Shown: positions 35,354 through 43,971 of the stretch, piece after piece | Layout of the letters: each line of letters starts with the position of its first letter | Position numbering within the stretch: the stretch's first letter is position 1 | NCBI GenBank assembly: GCA_964444295.1 | Contig: CAYUGO010000001.1 | Span: 1 to 48,458 of the forward strand | Source of the DNA: an uncultured Gammaproteobacteria bacterium | GTDB taxonomy: Bacteria; Patescibacteriota; Microgenomatia; CAYXHB01 | Length of the DNA: 48,458 nt | Direction: 5' to 3' | Made by a program: the position numbers and the translations under genes | Notes under the pieces: generated by a model | Databases searched by the model: none | What the model was told of the DNA's origin: nothing | What the model saw: the letters and a program-made list of their open reading frames with translations, nothing else

Positions 35354-35941
35354 ATGTATATCGATATTTCTATTCCTATTAATATGAAAAGTGCTGAGTT
35401 GAAGGCTAATGCTTTTGAGGAGGCGATAAATCATTCAATCTTTATCGATCAGCACATGGTATTTGGAACACATTTGGATTTGCCAAATATTGGAGCTGAG
35501 GCGGTTGAGTTTGATAATCTAATCGGAGATTGTTTGGTGGTGAAAATCCCGGATTCAGCAAAGGCTATTGAGCTGGGTCATTTGTTAAAACTGCCGTTAG
35601 TTCCCGGCGGTCGGGTAATATTTAAAACAAAAAATTCATCAGGATGGCAGAAGGCTGGCCATCCACCTGATCCAATTGGGATTGATATTAGAGCTGTACA
35701 GTTTTTGGCTGATAGGAAATTGAAATTAGTGGGGATTGATGGCTGGTCTGTGGATAAGAAAGATAGTGATACTTTGACAAGTCATAAACTGTTACTGGAA
35801 AGTGGAAGTTATTTGTTAGAAAGTTTGTACCTAGATCACGTTGCGCCTGGAAATTACAAAATGTTGGTGTTGCCATTAATGATTCAAGATGCCAAAGTTG
35901 TGCCTTGTCGGGCGATACTGCAAAAAGAAGATCGATTGTAG
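35354..35941 (+). CDS. Cyclase-family (kynurenine-formamidase-like fold) protein, probably degenerate
   Basis: FGTHLDLPN resembles the HxGTHxDxPxH signature, but the flanking His residues are absent. Short at 195 aa. Starts 2 nt after comM. Confidence 0.4.
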   Translation: MYIDISIPINMKSAELKANAFEEAINHSIFIDQHMVFGTHLDLPNIGAEAVEFDNLIGDCLVVKIPDSAKAIELGHLLKLPLVPGGRVIFKTKNSSGWQKAGHPPDPIGIDIRAVQFLADRKLKLVGIDGWSVDKKDSDTLTSHKLLLESGSYLLESLYLDHVAPGNYKMLVLPLMIQDAKVVPCRAILQKEDRL

Positions 35942-35964
35942 AGAAGAATACTTGACAGTTAAGT

Positions 35965-38409
35965 TTAGGAAATTACCAAAGGTTTTATTTTAATTTTTTT
36001 GGTAGGCTGAGACTGGAAATTAATTAAGGCTAGTGGCAAGACTTCATCTAAGTGTGACACGGGAACAATGTCTAGGTCTTTTTTTACGTTTAAGGGTATT
36101 TCTTCCAGATCCTTGATGTTGTCTTTGGGAATAAGAACTCGTTTGATACCCGCTTTGTGAGCTGCGATGAGTTTTTCTTTAAGACCACCAATTTCTGTAA
36201 CTCTGCCACGTAATGTAATTTCACCTGTCATAGCGACTTCTTTGTGGGTTGGAGTATTGGTAAAGGCTGAGGTTAGCGCTGTGGCAATTGCAGCACCGGC
36301 TGATGGTCCATCTTTGGGAACGGCTCCTTCGGGGACGTGAATGTGAACGTTAATTTTGCTGGCTTCTTTGGAATCGATACCCCAATCAGGAGATCTCATC
36401 CTGATGTATGTAAATGCAGCCTTAGCTGATTCCTGCATAACTTGACCAAGTTGACCTGTGAGCAAAAGTGTACCTTTGCCATTAGGGACAATGCCGACTT
36501 CGATGAAGAGGATGTCTCCACCGACTGGCGTATAAGCAAGCCCGGTCGCAATACCAATTCCATCTTCTGTATCTGCAAGTTGTGAAGAAAACTTTGGTGG
36601 TCCTAGATATTTACCAAGGTCAGATTGCTTGATTTTGATGGCGGAAGTTTTGGGCTTTTCGGAATAATTTCGAGCAATTTTGCGTGATATTTGGGCAATA
36701 TTTCTTTCAAGTTCGCGGACGCCTGCTTCTCGAGTGTAACGATTGATAATTTGGTGGAGAGCTTGATCTTCAAGCTTGATTTTGGCTGAATCAAGTCCAT
36801 GACGTTTGACTTGTTTGTCCACTAAGTATTTTTTGGCGATGTGGAATTTTTCATCTTCGGTGTAGGAAGAAAACTTGATGATCTCTAATCGATCACGCAA
36901 GGCCGGAGGAATTGTATCAAGCATGTTGGCAGTTGCTATAAACATGACCTGAGAGAGGTCAAAGGGAACTTCGAGATAGTGATCTGAAAATTCATGATTT
37001 TGTTCTGGATCGAGGGCTTCAAGTAAGGCAGCTGAAGGGTCCCCCCGCATATCCATGCCCATCTTGTCTATTTCATCTAACATAAATACTGGGTTTTTGG
37101 TGCCAGCAGTTTTGATACCTTGGATGATTCTCCCGGGTAATGCTCCCACATAAGTCCGTCGATGACCTCTAATCTCGGCTTCGTCGCGAACTCCACCTAG
37201 AGAAACCCTGATGAATTCACGGCCTAAGCTCTTGGCAATTGATTTTCCGATGGAGGTTTTGCCGACACCGGGAGGTCCAACGAAACAAAGGATCGCAGGG
37301 ATAAAGTCTTGTTTTTTGGATTTATCTTTAGATTTTGCTAATGCATTCTTACGCATGTTCATAACTGCTAAGAATTCGATAATGCGCTCTTTGATCTTCT
37401 CTAGTCCGTAGTGATCTTTTTCAAGAATTTCGATAGCGTCTTTGAGTGACTTATCATCATTGGTTACCTTGGACCACGGCATATCGGTCAACCATTCAAG
37501 ATAGTTACGGATGTAACCTGACTCCGGGTTATTTACTGACATGTTGGATAGACGCTTAAGTTCTTTGTCCGCTCGTGTTTTGACGTCTTTGGGCATTTGA
37601 GCTTTTTTGATTTTTTTCTTAAGTTCAGCAATCTCCGGATCTTGATCATCGGCATCTATTCCTAATGTGTTTAATTCAGCATCAATTGTTTTCCTGCGTT
37701 CACGTAGAACTGCTTCACGCATTGATCTGTTGATACGTTTCTGGGTTTTGGTAGCGATTGATTGCTCAAGCTCAAGAACCTTAACCTCACGGGTTAAATG
37801 AGCAATAATCAAATTAAGACGCTCTTGAATAGATGAAGTTTCGAGGATTTGTTGTTTGTCGGGTATGCTTATTTCAAGGGATGAGGCGATCTGGTCGCAG
37901 AGTTCTGTTTCGCTGACACCTGCCATTAATCTCATAAAAATACTAAGGTCCACACCCTTGCCGAGATTTACAGCTTGTTTGAAAAGATTCGTTAGATGCT
38001 TGGAAAGTGCGGTGATTTCGTCACCATGATTGTTATCATCTTCAATGGGAGTTATCTGGGCCATCCAGAATTGACCGTCGGTGTTGACATGACTAATGGC
38101 AACTCTCTGGATACCTTTGACCAAGGCGTGAATAACTCCTTCGATAGTAAGAATTTTGTCGATTTGGATTTGGACACCCACTGAATATAGATCATCAGGC
38201 GTGGGATCTGTAACTGCAGAATCTTTTTGGGTTACGAGACAGATCGTTTTGTTAAACTGTTCAGCGGCATTAACAGCGGCCACTGATTTGGATCTACCAA
38301 AAGTTAGTACTGGCTCAGTGTGAGGGAAGATTACAACATCTCGGACAGGAACCAAAGGGACTTCTTTGGAGAGGGGCGAATTAGTTATTTGCGGTGACAA
38401 AGTAGTCAT
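35965..38409 (-). CDS. lon: ATP-dependent Lon protease (LonA)
   Basis: LON N-domain, Walker A GPPGVGKTS, Walker B FMLDEIDK, protease motif PKDGPSAG with downstream Lys (KEKLIAAHKAG). Confidence 0.97.
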   Translation of the reverse strand: MTTLSPQITNSPLSKEVPLVPVRDVVIFPHTEPVLTFGRSKSVAAVNAAEQFNKTICLVTQKDSAVTDPTPDDLYSVGVQIQIDKILTIEGVIHALVKGIQRVAISHVNTDGQFWMAQITPIEDDNNHGDEITALSKHLTNLFKQAVNLGKGVDLSIFMRLMAGVSETELCDQIASSLEISIPDKQQILETSSIQERLNLIIAHLTREVKVLELEQSIATKTQKRINRSMREAVLRERRKTIDAELNTLGIDADDQDPEIAELKKKIKKAQMPKDVKTRADKELKRLSNMSVNNPESGYIRNYLEWLTDMPWSKVTNDDKSLKDAIEILEKDHYGLEKIKERIIEFLAVMNMRKNALAKSKDKSKKQDFIPAILCFVGPPGVGKTSIGKSIAKSLGREFIRVSLGGVRDEAEIRGHRRTYVGALPGRIIQGIKTAGTKNPVFMLDEIDKMGMDMRGDPSAALLEALDPEQNHEFSDHYLEVPFDLSQVMFIATANMLDTIPPALRDRLEIIKFSSYTEDEKFHIAKKYLVDKQVKRHGLDSAKIKLEDQALHQIINRYTREAGVRELERNIAQISRKIARNYSEKPKTSAIKIKQSDLGKYLGPPKFSSQLADTEDGIGIATGLAYTPVGGDILFIEVGIVPNGKGTLLLTGQLGQVMQESAKAAFTYIRMRSPDWGIDSKEASKINVHIHVPEGAVPKDGPSAGAAIATALTSAFTNTPTHKEVAMTGEITLRGRVTEIGGLKEKLIAAHKAGIKRVLIPKDNIKDLEEIPLNVKKDLDIVPVSHLDEVLPLALINFQSQPTKKIKIKPLVIS

Positions 38410-38412
38410 ATT

Positions 38413-38439
38413 TTAGCACTCTATCATATGGGTTGCTAA
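38413..38439. promoter_or_regulatory. CIRCE-like inverted repeat (candidate HrcA operator) just upstream of lon
   Basis: TTAGCACTC-N9-GGTTGCTAA versus the CIRCE consensus TTAGCACTC-N9-GAGTGCTAA. The left arm matches 9/9, the right arm 7/9, and the spacing is exact. It overlaps the predicted lon promoter. Confidence 0.5.
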
Positions 38440-38446
38440 GAGTCAA
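38418..38446 (-). promoter_or_regulatory. Sigma70-like promoter candidate for lon, TTGACT-N17-TAGAGT (read on the minus strand)
   Basis: On the plus strand, agtcaa at 38441-38446 is the -35 and actcta at 38418-38423 is the -10. Only 8 nt separate the -10 from the ATG at 38409. Confidence 0.4.
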
Positions 38447-38453
38447 CCTGCGG

Positions 38454-38885
38454 TTAACCGAGTAGGTAAGAATGAACAGAAATTGCAATCACAGCTCCAA
38501 TAATAGCGCCAATAAAAACATCATACCATGTGTGAATGTGCACCATGATTCGAGAAATACCGACAATTATGGAGGCAATAATTAAGGATGTCCCGATAAT
38601 TGGATTGAAATAAAACAAGCTCACAGCGGCGGTCATTGAAGCTGCGGTATGGCCTGAGGGAAAGCTTTTGTCGGTTGGGGGATCAATCATAAGCGATTTT
38701 CTACCAAGTCTGATGTATGGCCTGGGCTGATTGGTCACTTCCTTGAGGAGAATGATTATGAATGTGGTAATTGATAAAGCGATTAAAGACTTAAGGCTAA
38801 ATTTGTACTGACCCAGAAAACCAATAAGAATAATTGGAGCAATTAAGAAAGAGATAAGATATTTGGCGATAAATTCAATAATCAT
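38454..38885 (-). CDS. PAP2-family membrane phosphatase (undecaprenyl-diphosphate / lipid phosphatase-like)
   Basis: All three PAP2 motifs are present: KEVTNQPRP, PSGHTA and SRIMVHIHTWYDV. Four TM helices. Confidence 0.8.
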   Translation of the reverse strand: MIIEFIAKYLISFLIAPIILIGFLGQYKFSLKSLIALSITTFIIILLKEVTNQPRPYIRLGRKSLMIDPPTDKSFPSGHTAASMTAAVSLFYFNPIIGTSLIIASIIVGISRIMVHIHTWYDVFIGAIIGAVIAISVHSYLLG

Positions 38886-38962
38886 TAAATGATTATAAAC
38901 TAAAAACTAATTCAAATTAATTAATATTTAATGAAAAAACTATTTGTGTTGCAGGTATACAA

Positions 38963-39547
38963 ATGCTACGATGTGGGTACATGAGCAATAGCTTACTCGC
39001 AGATGCCACGACTATTACGGGATTAAGTGATACAGGACAAAATAGCTTAAGTGTTGCTGGAACTTCGTGGGTGGGATTAGCCATGGCGTTGATAGTTTGT
39101 TTAGTTTTACTAGTAGCTGCAATATTATTGATACCAAGATTTTTTGATAAAATGCTAAATATCGGACCAATTATGGGCATTGTGGCTTTGGTTGGAGCTG
39201 GGATAGCTTTCCCTTATGCGGTTAATTTGGCACTAACTCCAACTCGTACTTCCACTAGTGCATCGGCTGACATAAGCATCGGTGATATTGAGTTTTTACC
39301 CACCACAAATGGAATTCTGACAGTCAAGTGGACTACTAATAAAGCTGCCCTGTCGGCAATAAGATATGGGGCTAAAGAAACTGTTCTGGATAAAGCTGCT
39401 TTTCCAGAAGATCCAGGAACAAAAAAAACTAGCCACAAAGCGATAATAGTAGGACTGGAATCAGGAGAAAAATATTATTTTGAGATAATAATTGGTGAAA
39501 AAAGGTTTAATAAAGACGGTAAACCTTTAGAATATTTGATGCCATAG
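38963..39547 (+). CDS. Hypothetical membrane protein with an FN3-like extracytoplasmic domain
   Basis: Two hydrophobic helices (WVGLAMALIVCLVLLVAAILLI; IMGIVALVGAGIAFPYAV), then LTVKWTTNKAALSAIRYG...GEKYYFEI, which is typical of FN3 / purple-acid-phosphatase-N-like sandwiches. The true start is uncertain. Confidence 0.45.
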   Translation: MLRCGYMSNSLLADATTITGLSDTGQNSLSVAGTSWVGLAMALIVCLVLLVAAILLIPRFFDKMLNIGPIMGIVALVGAGIAFPYAVNLALTPTRTSTSASADISIGDIEFLPTTNGILTVKWTTNKAALSAIRYGAKETVLDKAAFPEDPGTKKTSHKAIIVGLESGEKYYFEIIIGEKRFNKDGKPLEYLMP

Positions 39548-39557
39548 TAAAGAGAAA

Positions 39558-41012
39558 TTAGGAAACTTCGGGTCTTAATGTGGGGAAAAGAATTACATCC
39601 TTGATTGTCGGCTGATCAGTCATAAAGGCGACTACTCTGTCTATACCCATGCCCCAACCTGCGGTTGGTGGCATGCCGTATTCGAGGGCTCTAATATAAT
39701 CTAAGTCCGTTTCTTGGAACTCTTCGGCACCAGAATCTTTGGCTTGGGATTCTTCTTGCCAACGTGCGGCTTGATCGATAGGATCATTTAATTCATTGTA
39801 AGCTTTGAGATATTCATGACCTGCAATTAATAATTGGAAACTAGAAACCTTGGTGGGATCCTCTGCTTTGCGCTTGGCTAAGGGCAACATTTGAGTTGGG
39901 TAATCCGTTAAGAACAATGGTCCATCTAATGTTGGTCTAATGTGGTGTTTGTATAATTCGTCTAACAACTTGCCATAACCGGCAAGCGGCACGTTGGTGG
40001 GAAGCAAATTGTTTTTGGTTATAAATTCTATTAATGATGATTCTGTATTTATTAGATCAATATCAAGTTTAAGATGTTTAATTAGCAAGTCATGAAAAGT
40101 AATTCTAGGCCAATCTGCACTAAAGTCATAGTCTTTGCCTTGATAAGTAATTACTTGAGTATTAAAAACTGTGTTGAGTATATGACGCCACATTTTTTGG
40201 GTGAAATCCATCAGTGTATTGTAATCAACATATGCCCAATAAAATTCAACTTGAGTAAATTCAGGATTGTGTTCCTTGCTCATTCCTTCGTTACGAAAAT
40301 CTTTGGCAACTTCATAGACTTTTTCAAAGCCTCCAACAATCAATCTTTTAAGATATAGTTCATTGGAAATGCGCAAGAATAAATCGCTGTCTAGCGCATT
40401 GTGATGAGTCAAGAAAGGCTTAGCCGTAGCCCCTCCATAGATTGGTTGCAGTACTGGAGTTTCGACTTCAAGGAAACCATTTTCGTCGAGAAAGTTTCTT
40501 ATTGCAGTTAAAATCTTTGTTCTGGTTGTAAATACCTTTTTTACTTCCGGATTAACTATCAAATCTACATATCGTTGACGATAGCGTTCTTCGACATCAG
40601 TTAAACCGTGCCATTTTTCAGGCAAGGGGCGAATTGATTTAGAAAGTAATTGAAGACTGTTTACAAAGAGGGAAGTTTCGCCTGACTGGGAGGAGGATAC
40701 TTCTCCTATTGCAAGGATGAAATCACCGATGTCTAAATTTTCTACTATTTTCCAGTTGTCTGAATTAATTAAATCAGCTTTGAACATTAATTGAATTTGG
40801 CCAGATGCATCTATAAGATCAGCAAAAATTAATTTACCGTGACCGCGTTTGGCAATTAATCTCCCTGCAATCGTTTGGGTCGTTGAGAGTTTTTTGGCGT
40901 CGTCTATTAGCGTTCTTTCTCCTGAATACTGAGGATAAGAATTGATGTTTTGGGACGAAAGATTTTGGATTTTTTTAAGTCTTTCTTGTCGGATATCATC
41001 AAGTCGTGACAT
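39558..41012 (-). CDS. lysS: Lysine--tRNA ligase (class II)
   Basis: N-terminal OB anticodon-binding domain (GRLIAKRGHGKLIFADL). Class II motifs ...FLEVETPVLQ..., RISNELYLKRL, FRNEG, and GMGIDRVVAFMT. Confidence 0.95.
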   Translation of the reverse strand: MSRLDDIRQERLKKIQNLSSQNINSYPQYSGERTLIDDAKKLSTTQTIAGRLIAKRGHGKLIFADLIDASGQIQLMFKADLINSDNWKIVENLDIGDFILAIGEVSSSQSGETSLFVNSLQLLSKSIRPLPEKWHGLTDVEERYRQRYVDLIVNPEVKKVFTTRTKILTAIRNFLDENGFLEVETPVLQPIYGGATAKPFLTHHNALDSDLFLRISNELYLKRLIVGGFEKVYEVAKDFRNEGMSKEHNPEFTQVEFYWAYVDYNTLMDFTQKMWRHILNTVFNTQVITYQGKDYDFSADWPRITFHDLLIKHLKLDIDLINTESSLIEFITKNNLLPTNVPLAGYGKLLDELYKHHIRPTLDGPLFLTDYPTQMLPLAKRKAEDPTKVSSFQLLIAGHEYLKAYNELNDPIDQAARWQEESQAKDSGAEEFQETDLDYIRALEYGMPPTAGWGMGIDRVVAFMTDQPTIKDVILFPTLRPEVS

Positions 41013-41090
41013 ATGAACGTATTGTATCAGAAAACGAAGTGTTGAAAATTAATTGTCTGAGGAAAATCTGAACAAACGAAGTTAAAAGTT

Positions 41091-41558
41091 TTATTCTACT
41101 GAAACTATGTGATACTCAACCATGCCAGATGGAGCTTTGACTTGAGCTACTTCGCCCGATTTTTTGCCACCGATAGCCATACCAATCGGAGAAGACAAAG
41201 ATATCTTGTTTTGCTTGGGATCCGCTTCCATGTCACCAACGATATTGTAGGTAAGTTCATTTTTTTTGTTAGCTATTTTGAGGACGACCCTACTGCCAAT
41301 TCCGATAGAATCTCCTGACTTGGCATGAACCACTTGAGCGTTAGATAGTGCTTCTTCAATTTCTGAGATGCGGTCATCCATGAAAGAAAGTTCTTCTCGG
41401 GCTGATATGTAATCGCTGTTCTCTGACAAATCACCTTGTTCACGGGCATGTGACAAACGATCAACCAGCTTAGGTCGTTTTACTTCCTTGAGGTTATTAA
41501 GCTCTGTTTGGAGATCATTTATTCCATTAACTGTTAAATGGACTTTTTTGGGTTTCAT
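41091..41558 (-). CDS. greA: Transcription elongation factor GreA
   Basis: N-terminal coiled coil with REQGDLSENSDYISAREE (GreA acidic tip motif) and a C-terminal FKBP-like domain. Confidence 0.92.
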   Translation of the reverse strand: MKPKKVHLTVNGINDLQTELNNLKEVKRPKLVDRLSHAREQGDLSENSDYISAREELSFMDDRISEIEEALSNAQVVHAKSGDSIGIGSRVVLKIANKKNELTYNIVGDMEADPKQNKISLSSPIGMAIGGKKSGEVAQVKAPSGMVEYHIVSVE

Positions 41559-41579
41559 AAAATATTGAATTAGGTTAAC

Positions 41580-41608
41580 ACTCTATACTGAGGTATTTTT
41601 TTTGTCAA
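41580..41608 (-). promoter_or_regulatory. Sigma70-like promoter candidate for greA, TTGACA-N17-TAGAGT (read on the minus strand)
   Basis: On the plus strand, tgtcaa at 41603-41608 is the -35 and actcta at 41580-41585 is the -10. Shares the extended sequence ATAGAGTG(C/T)TAA with the lon upstream region. Confidence 0.45.
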
Positions 41609-41763
41609 ATGTATATCCGATATTAATATTCTAGGTAGATAATTTTGATAAATTTTGCACAACAGTAAATTAATATGTTACAAAATTAGAAATACTATGT
41701 CCGGAGTAGAATTAAAATACCTTGAGAGCCGATATAGTATCAAAGAGTTAATAAAAAAGCAAA

Positions 41764-42168
41764 TTATAACCAATATGCATAAATTCCACTAATTAACATA
41801 AACGAAATTAGATAATAAATTGAGTCGATTAGAAACAATGATTTGGGTCGGCGAGCGAATAAAGTGGTGGTTAGCATCGTAGTTGCGACAAATCCAAACC
41901 AGCAAGTGGCTCCAACTGTAATGAATTGGAAAAATGTGGAAGGCCCAACTGCTGCTACAACCTGAGATAAAACATATGCAACAATTAGAGCATTAAGCAT
42001 GGCAATCGCATAATTACTGTTTGATGTACTTGTGTTTTCGGCACTGACATCTGGATGTAAAACAAGACTGGTCCATCTTTTTTGCCATAACCGATACCAC
42101 ACTGCTCCAAAACCCATATGTGCTATTCCCGCTACTAGAACTGCGAACATGTTGATTTGGTAGTTCAT
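41764..42168 (-). CDS. DUF1761-like small integral membrane protein
   Basis: 134 aa, four TM helices. The N-terminus MNYQINMFAVLVAGIAHMGFGAVWY resembles DUF1761 as I remember it. Confidence 0.55.
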   Translation of the reverse strand: MNYQINMFAVLVAGIAHMGFGAVWYRLWQKRWTSLVLHPDVSAENTSTSNSNYAIAMLNALIVAYVLSQVVAAVGPSTFFQFITVGATCWFGFVATTMLTTTLFARRPKSLFLIDSIYYLISFMLISGIYAYWL

Positions 42169-42197
42169 AATTTAATTTAACAAATAAAGGCTTAGAA

Positions 42198-42980
42198 TCA
42201 AAATTTTGAGAATAATTGGCTAATACGCAGAACGAAGTTAATCAAATGATGGGTGATGACTCCATGATAACGCTTGCTACCAGGAATAAGTCTTTGCCAA
42301 GCTTTGGGATCAGGTTTTGCGCTAGCTCCATGATAATGGATAACTTCGACTGTAGGATCGTAGATAATTTGGTAATTATTTTGATTAAGACGACGACAGA
42401 ATTCTAAATCCTCGAAGTACATAAAGTAATTTTGGTCCAATTTACCTATTTTTTGAAAAACTGCTTTGGAAATACACATACATGCCATGACTGCGGCTTC
42501 TACTGATGTAGGAGCTGAAACAGAAGGCGTATATTTGGAGAAAGCAAATGGTTGATGAAACCAGAATTCTTTGATGGCACCAATTAATGTGGGAAGGGGA
42601 AAAATGGAAGCTTGAACTGTACGATCGGAATTTAATAGTTTGGGGACGGTGGCACCAATTCTGGAATTAGCAAAATGTGAGATTAGTTGGTTGGATATAG
42701 GCATAGTAAGTTTCGTATCGGAATTGATAAGGATGATATATTCTGACTTAACTAGATCAATCGCTAGATTGTTGGCATGAGCAAATCCGAGATTATTATT
42801 ATTAGCAATAATTTTGGTTTGAGGAAATTTCTGTTTGATACTAATTACTGAGTCATCTTTTGAATTGTTGTCAACAACTATTACCTGGCTATCAGGTTCG
42901 AATTGATAAATTGATTTGAGGCAGTCTAAAGTTAATTGCCGAGTATTGAAAGAAGGAATGATGAAAGTAACCTGAACCAT
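42198..42980 (-). CDS. GT2 glycosyltransferase (RfbF/WbbL-like)
   Basis: Start moved to 42980 (MVQVTFIIPSFN...); the ORF-track extension to 43196 has no GT2 homology pattern. Motifs VVDNNSKDDS, GFAHANN, INSDT, YFEDLEFCRR. Confidence 0.8.
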   Translation of the reverse strand: MVQVTFIIPSFNTRQLTLDCLKSIYQFEPDSQVIVVDNNSKDDSVISIKQKFPQTKIIANNNNLGFAHANNLAIDLVKSEYIILINSDTKLTMPISNQLISHFANSRIGATVPKLLNSDRTVQASIFPLPTLIGAIKEFWFHQPFAFSKYTPSVSAPTSVEAAVMACMCISKAVFQKIGKLDQNYFMYFEDLEFCRRLNQNNYQIIYDPTVEVIHYHGASAKPDPKAWQRLIPGSKRYHGVITHHLINFVLRISQLFSKF

Positions 42981-43029
42981 TTTAGTATTTGTGAAACAAA
43001 CAATGTCTATATTATAGTAAATATTACAT

Positions 43030-43971
43030 ATGAGTGCTTTGATGATTTCTGAGCAATTGCGTGGCGGAATAAGAAGTGAGGTGGATTTATCGGGTAGGAA
43101 AAAAAGCAATGAAGATATGCGTCCAATTGGATCTTTAAGTCCTTTGGAAAAATGGCAACGATTGGATGAGGAGAAATTAACTAATGTAGGCAGCATAAGC
43201 GTGGTGCCATCGAAATTTCCTTATGCTAAAGATTTGGGGATTATGTTAATTCCTCATTTTAATGGCAATCGACCACCTCGGGATGTGCGTGAGATTGAAA
43301 AAAATTGGGGAATAAAAACACTGCAATATTTAAACAAGGGTGTGAATAATTACATGAAAGAACGACCCGAAACTGATCAAGTGATTTATGGCGTAAACGG
43401 AGGACCCTTTAGATCAATTAGGGAACTTCTTCATATCCAAATTGCAGGAATAAAACCTTCTGAATGGAGTTATTTGGATGAAGATTCCCTGGATACATTT
43501 AAATCCGGCGTTAGAGGATTGATTACAGGTAATACGGTGGGGAAAGAAATTACTTCTGCCGTAGGGGAACGAATTACACGGCTTTTCCCTGAATTTTTAG
43601 CTAGAGAAAGCTTACAGATACGATCATGCGGATCGGCATATTTTGATTTATCAACTGGTCTTAATAGCGAAACTGATTTCTGTGAAGAGCAGTTTGAAGT
43701 TTGGAAGATGGCTGATTCTATGGTTAGAGAAGAATTTGATAAAAGAGATGTCGGGGTGGAGTACCGGTGTCATGCTATTAGCTTTGGGCAGGAGCAAGGA
43801 AACGTAAATGCAACAATGACAATTCATGCAGCTGTAGCTTTTGGGAAAACAAATGGGGGTATTATGGAAAGCAATAGACTCATATTATCTAGCCAAACTC
43901 AAAAACTAACTGAAGAAGAAAATGAACACTATTTTGCAACTGGAAACGAATTTGGTCAAATGATGAATTAA
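43030..43971 (+). CDS. Hypothetical protein with HIT/GalT-like signatures (possible nucleotidyl-transferase or phosphorylase)
   Basis: VVPSKFPYAKDLGIMLIPH resembles the HIT-fold NKYP...H.L.IP strand pair. GVNGGPFRSIRELLHIQIAG has an H-x-Q where GalT/Ap4A-phosphorylase-type enzymes have HxHxQ. The 313-aa length fits a two-lobed GalT-like fold. The call is weak. Confidence 0.3.
   Translation: MSALMISEQLRGGIRSEVDLSGRKKSNEDMRPIGSLSPLEKWQRLDEEKLTNVGSISVVPSKFPYAKDLGIMLIPHFNGNRPPRDVREIEKNWGIKTLQYLNKGVNNYMKERPETDQVIYGVNGGPFRSIRELLHIQIAGIKPSEWSYLDEDSLDTFKSGVRGLITGNTVGKEITSAVGERITRLFPEFLARESLQIRSCGSAYFDLSTGLNSETDFCEEQFEVWKMADSMVREEFDKRDVGVEYRCHAISFGQEQGNVNATMTIHAAVAFGKTNGGIMESNRLILSSQTQKLTEEENEHYFATGNEFGQMMN

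Noticed and set aside
41697-41792. A 31-codon plus-strand ORF (MSGVELKYLESRYSIKELIKKQIITNMHKFH) lies in the 205-nt gap between greA and the DUF1761 gene.
   Set aside because: It overlaps the 3' end of the DUF1761 gene on the other strand and has no SD or promoter. Its K/I-rich composition is expected by chance in AT-rich DNA.
42981-43196. A 72-codon N-terminal extension of the GT2 ORF (ORF track 42198..43196) that would overlap the plus-strand gene starting at 43030.
   Set aside because: The GT2 fold begins at MVQVTFIIPSFN (start at 42980). The extension has no homology pattern, and trimming it removes a 167-nt divergent overlap.
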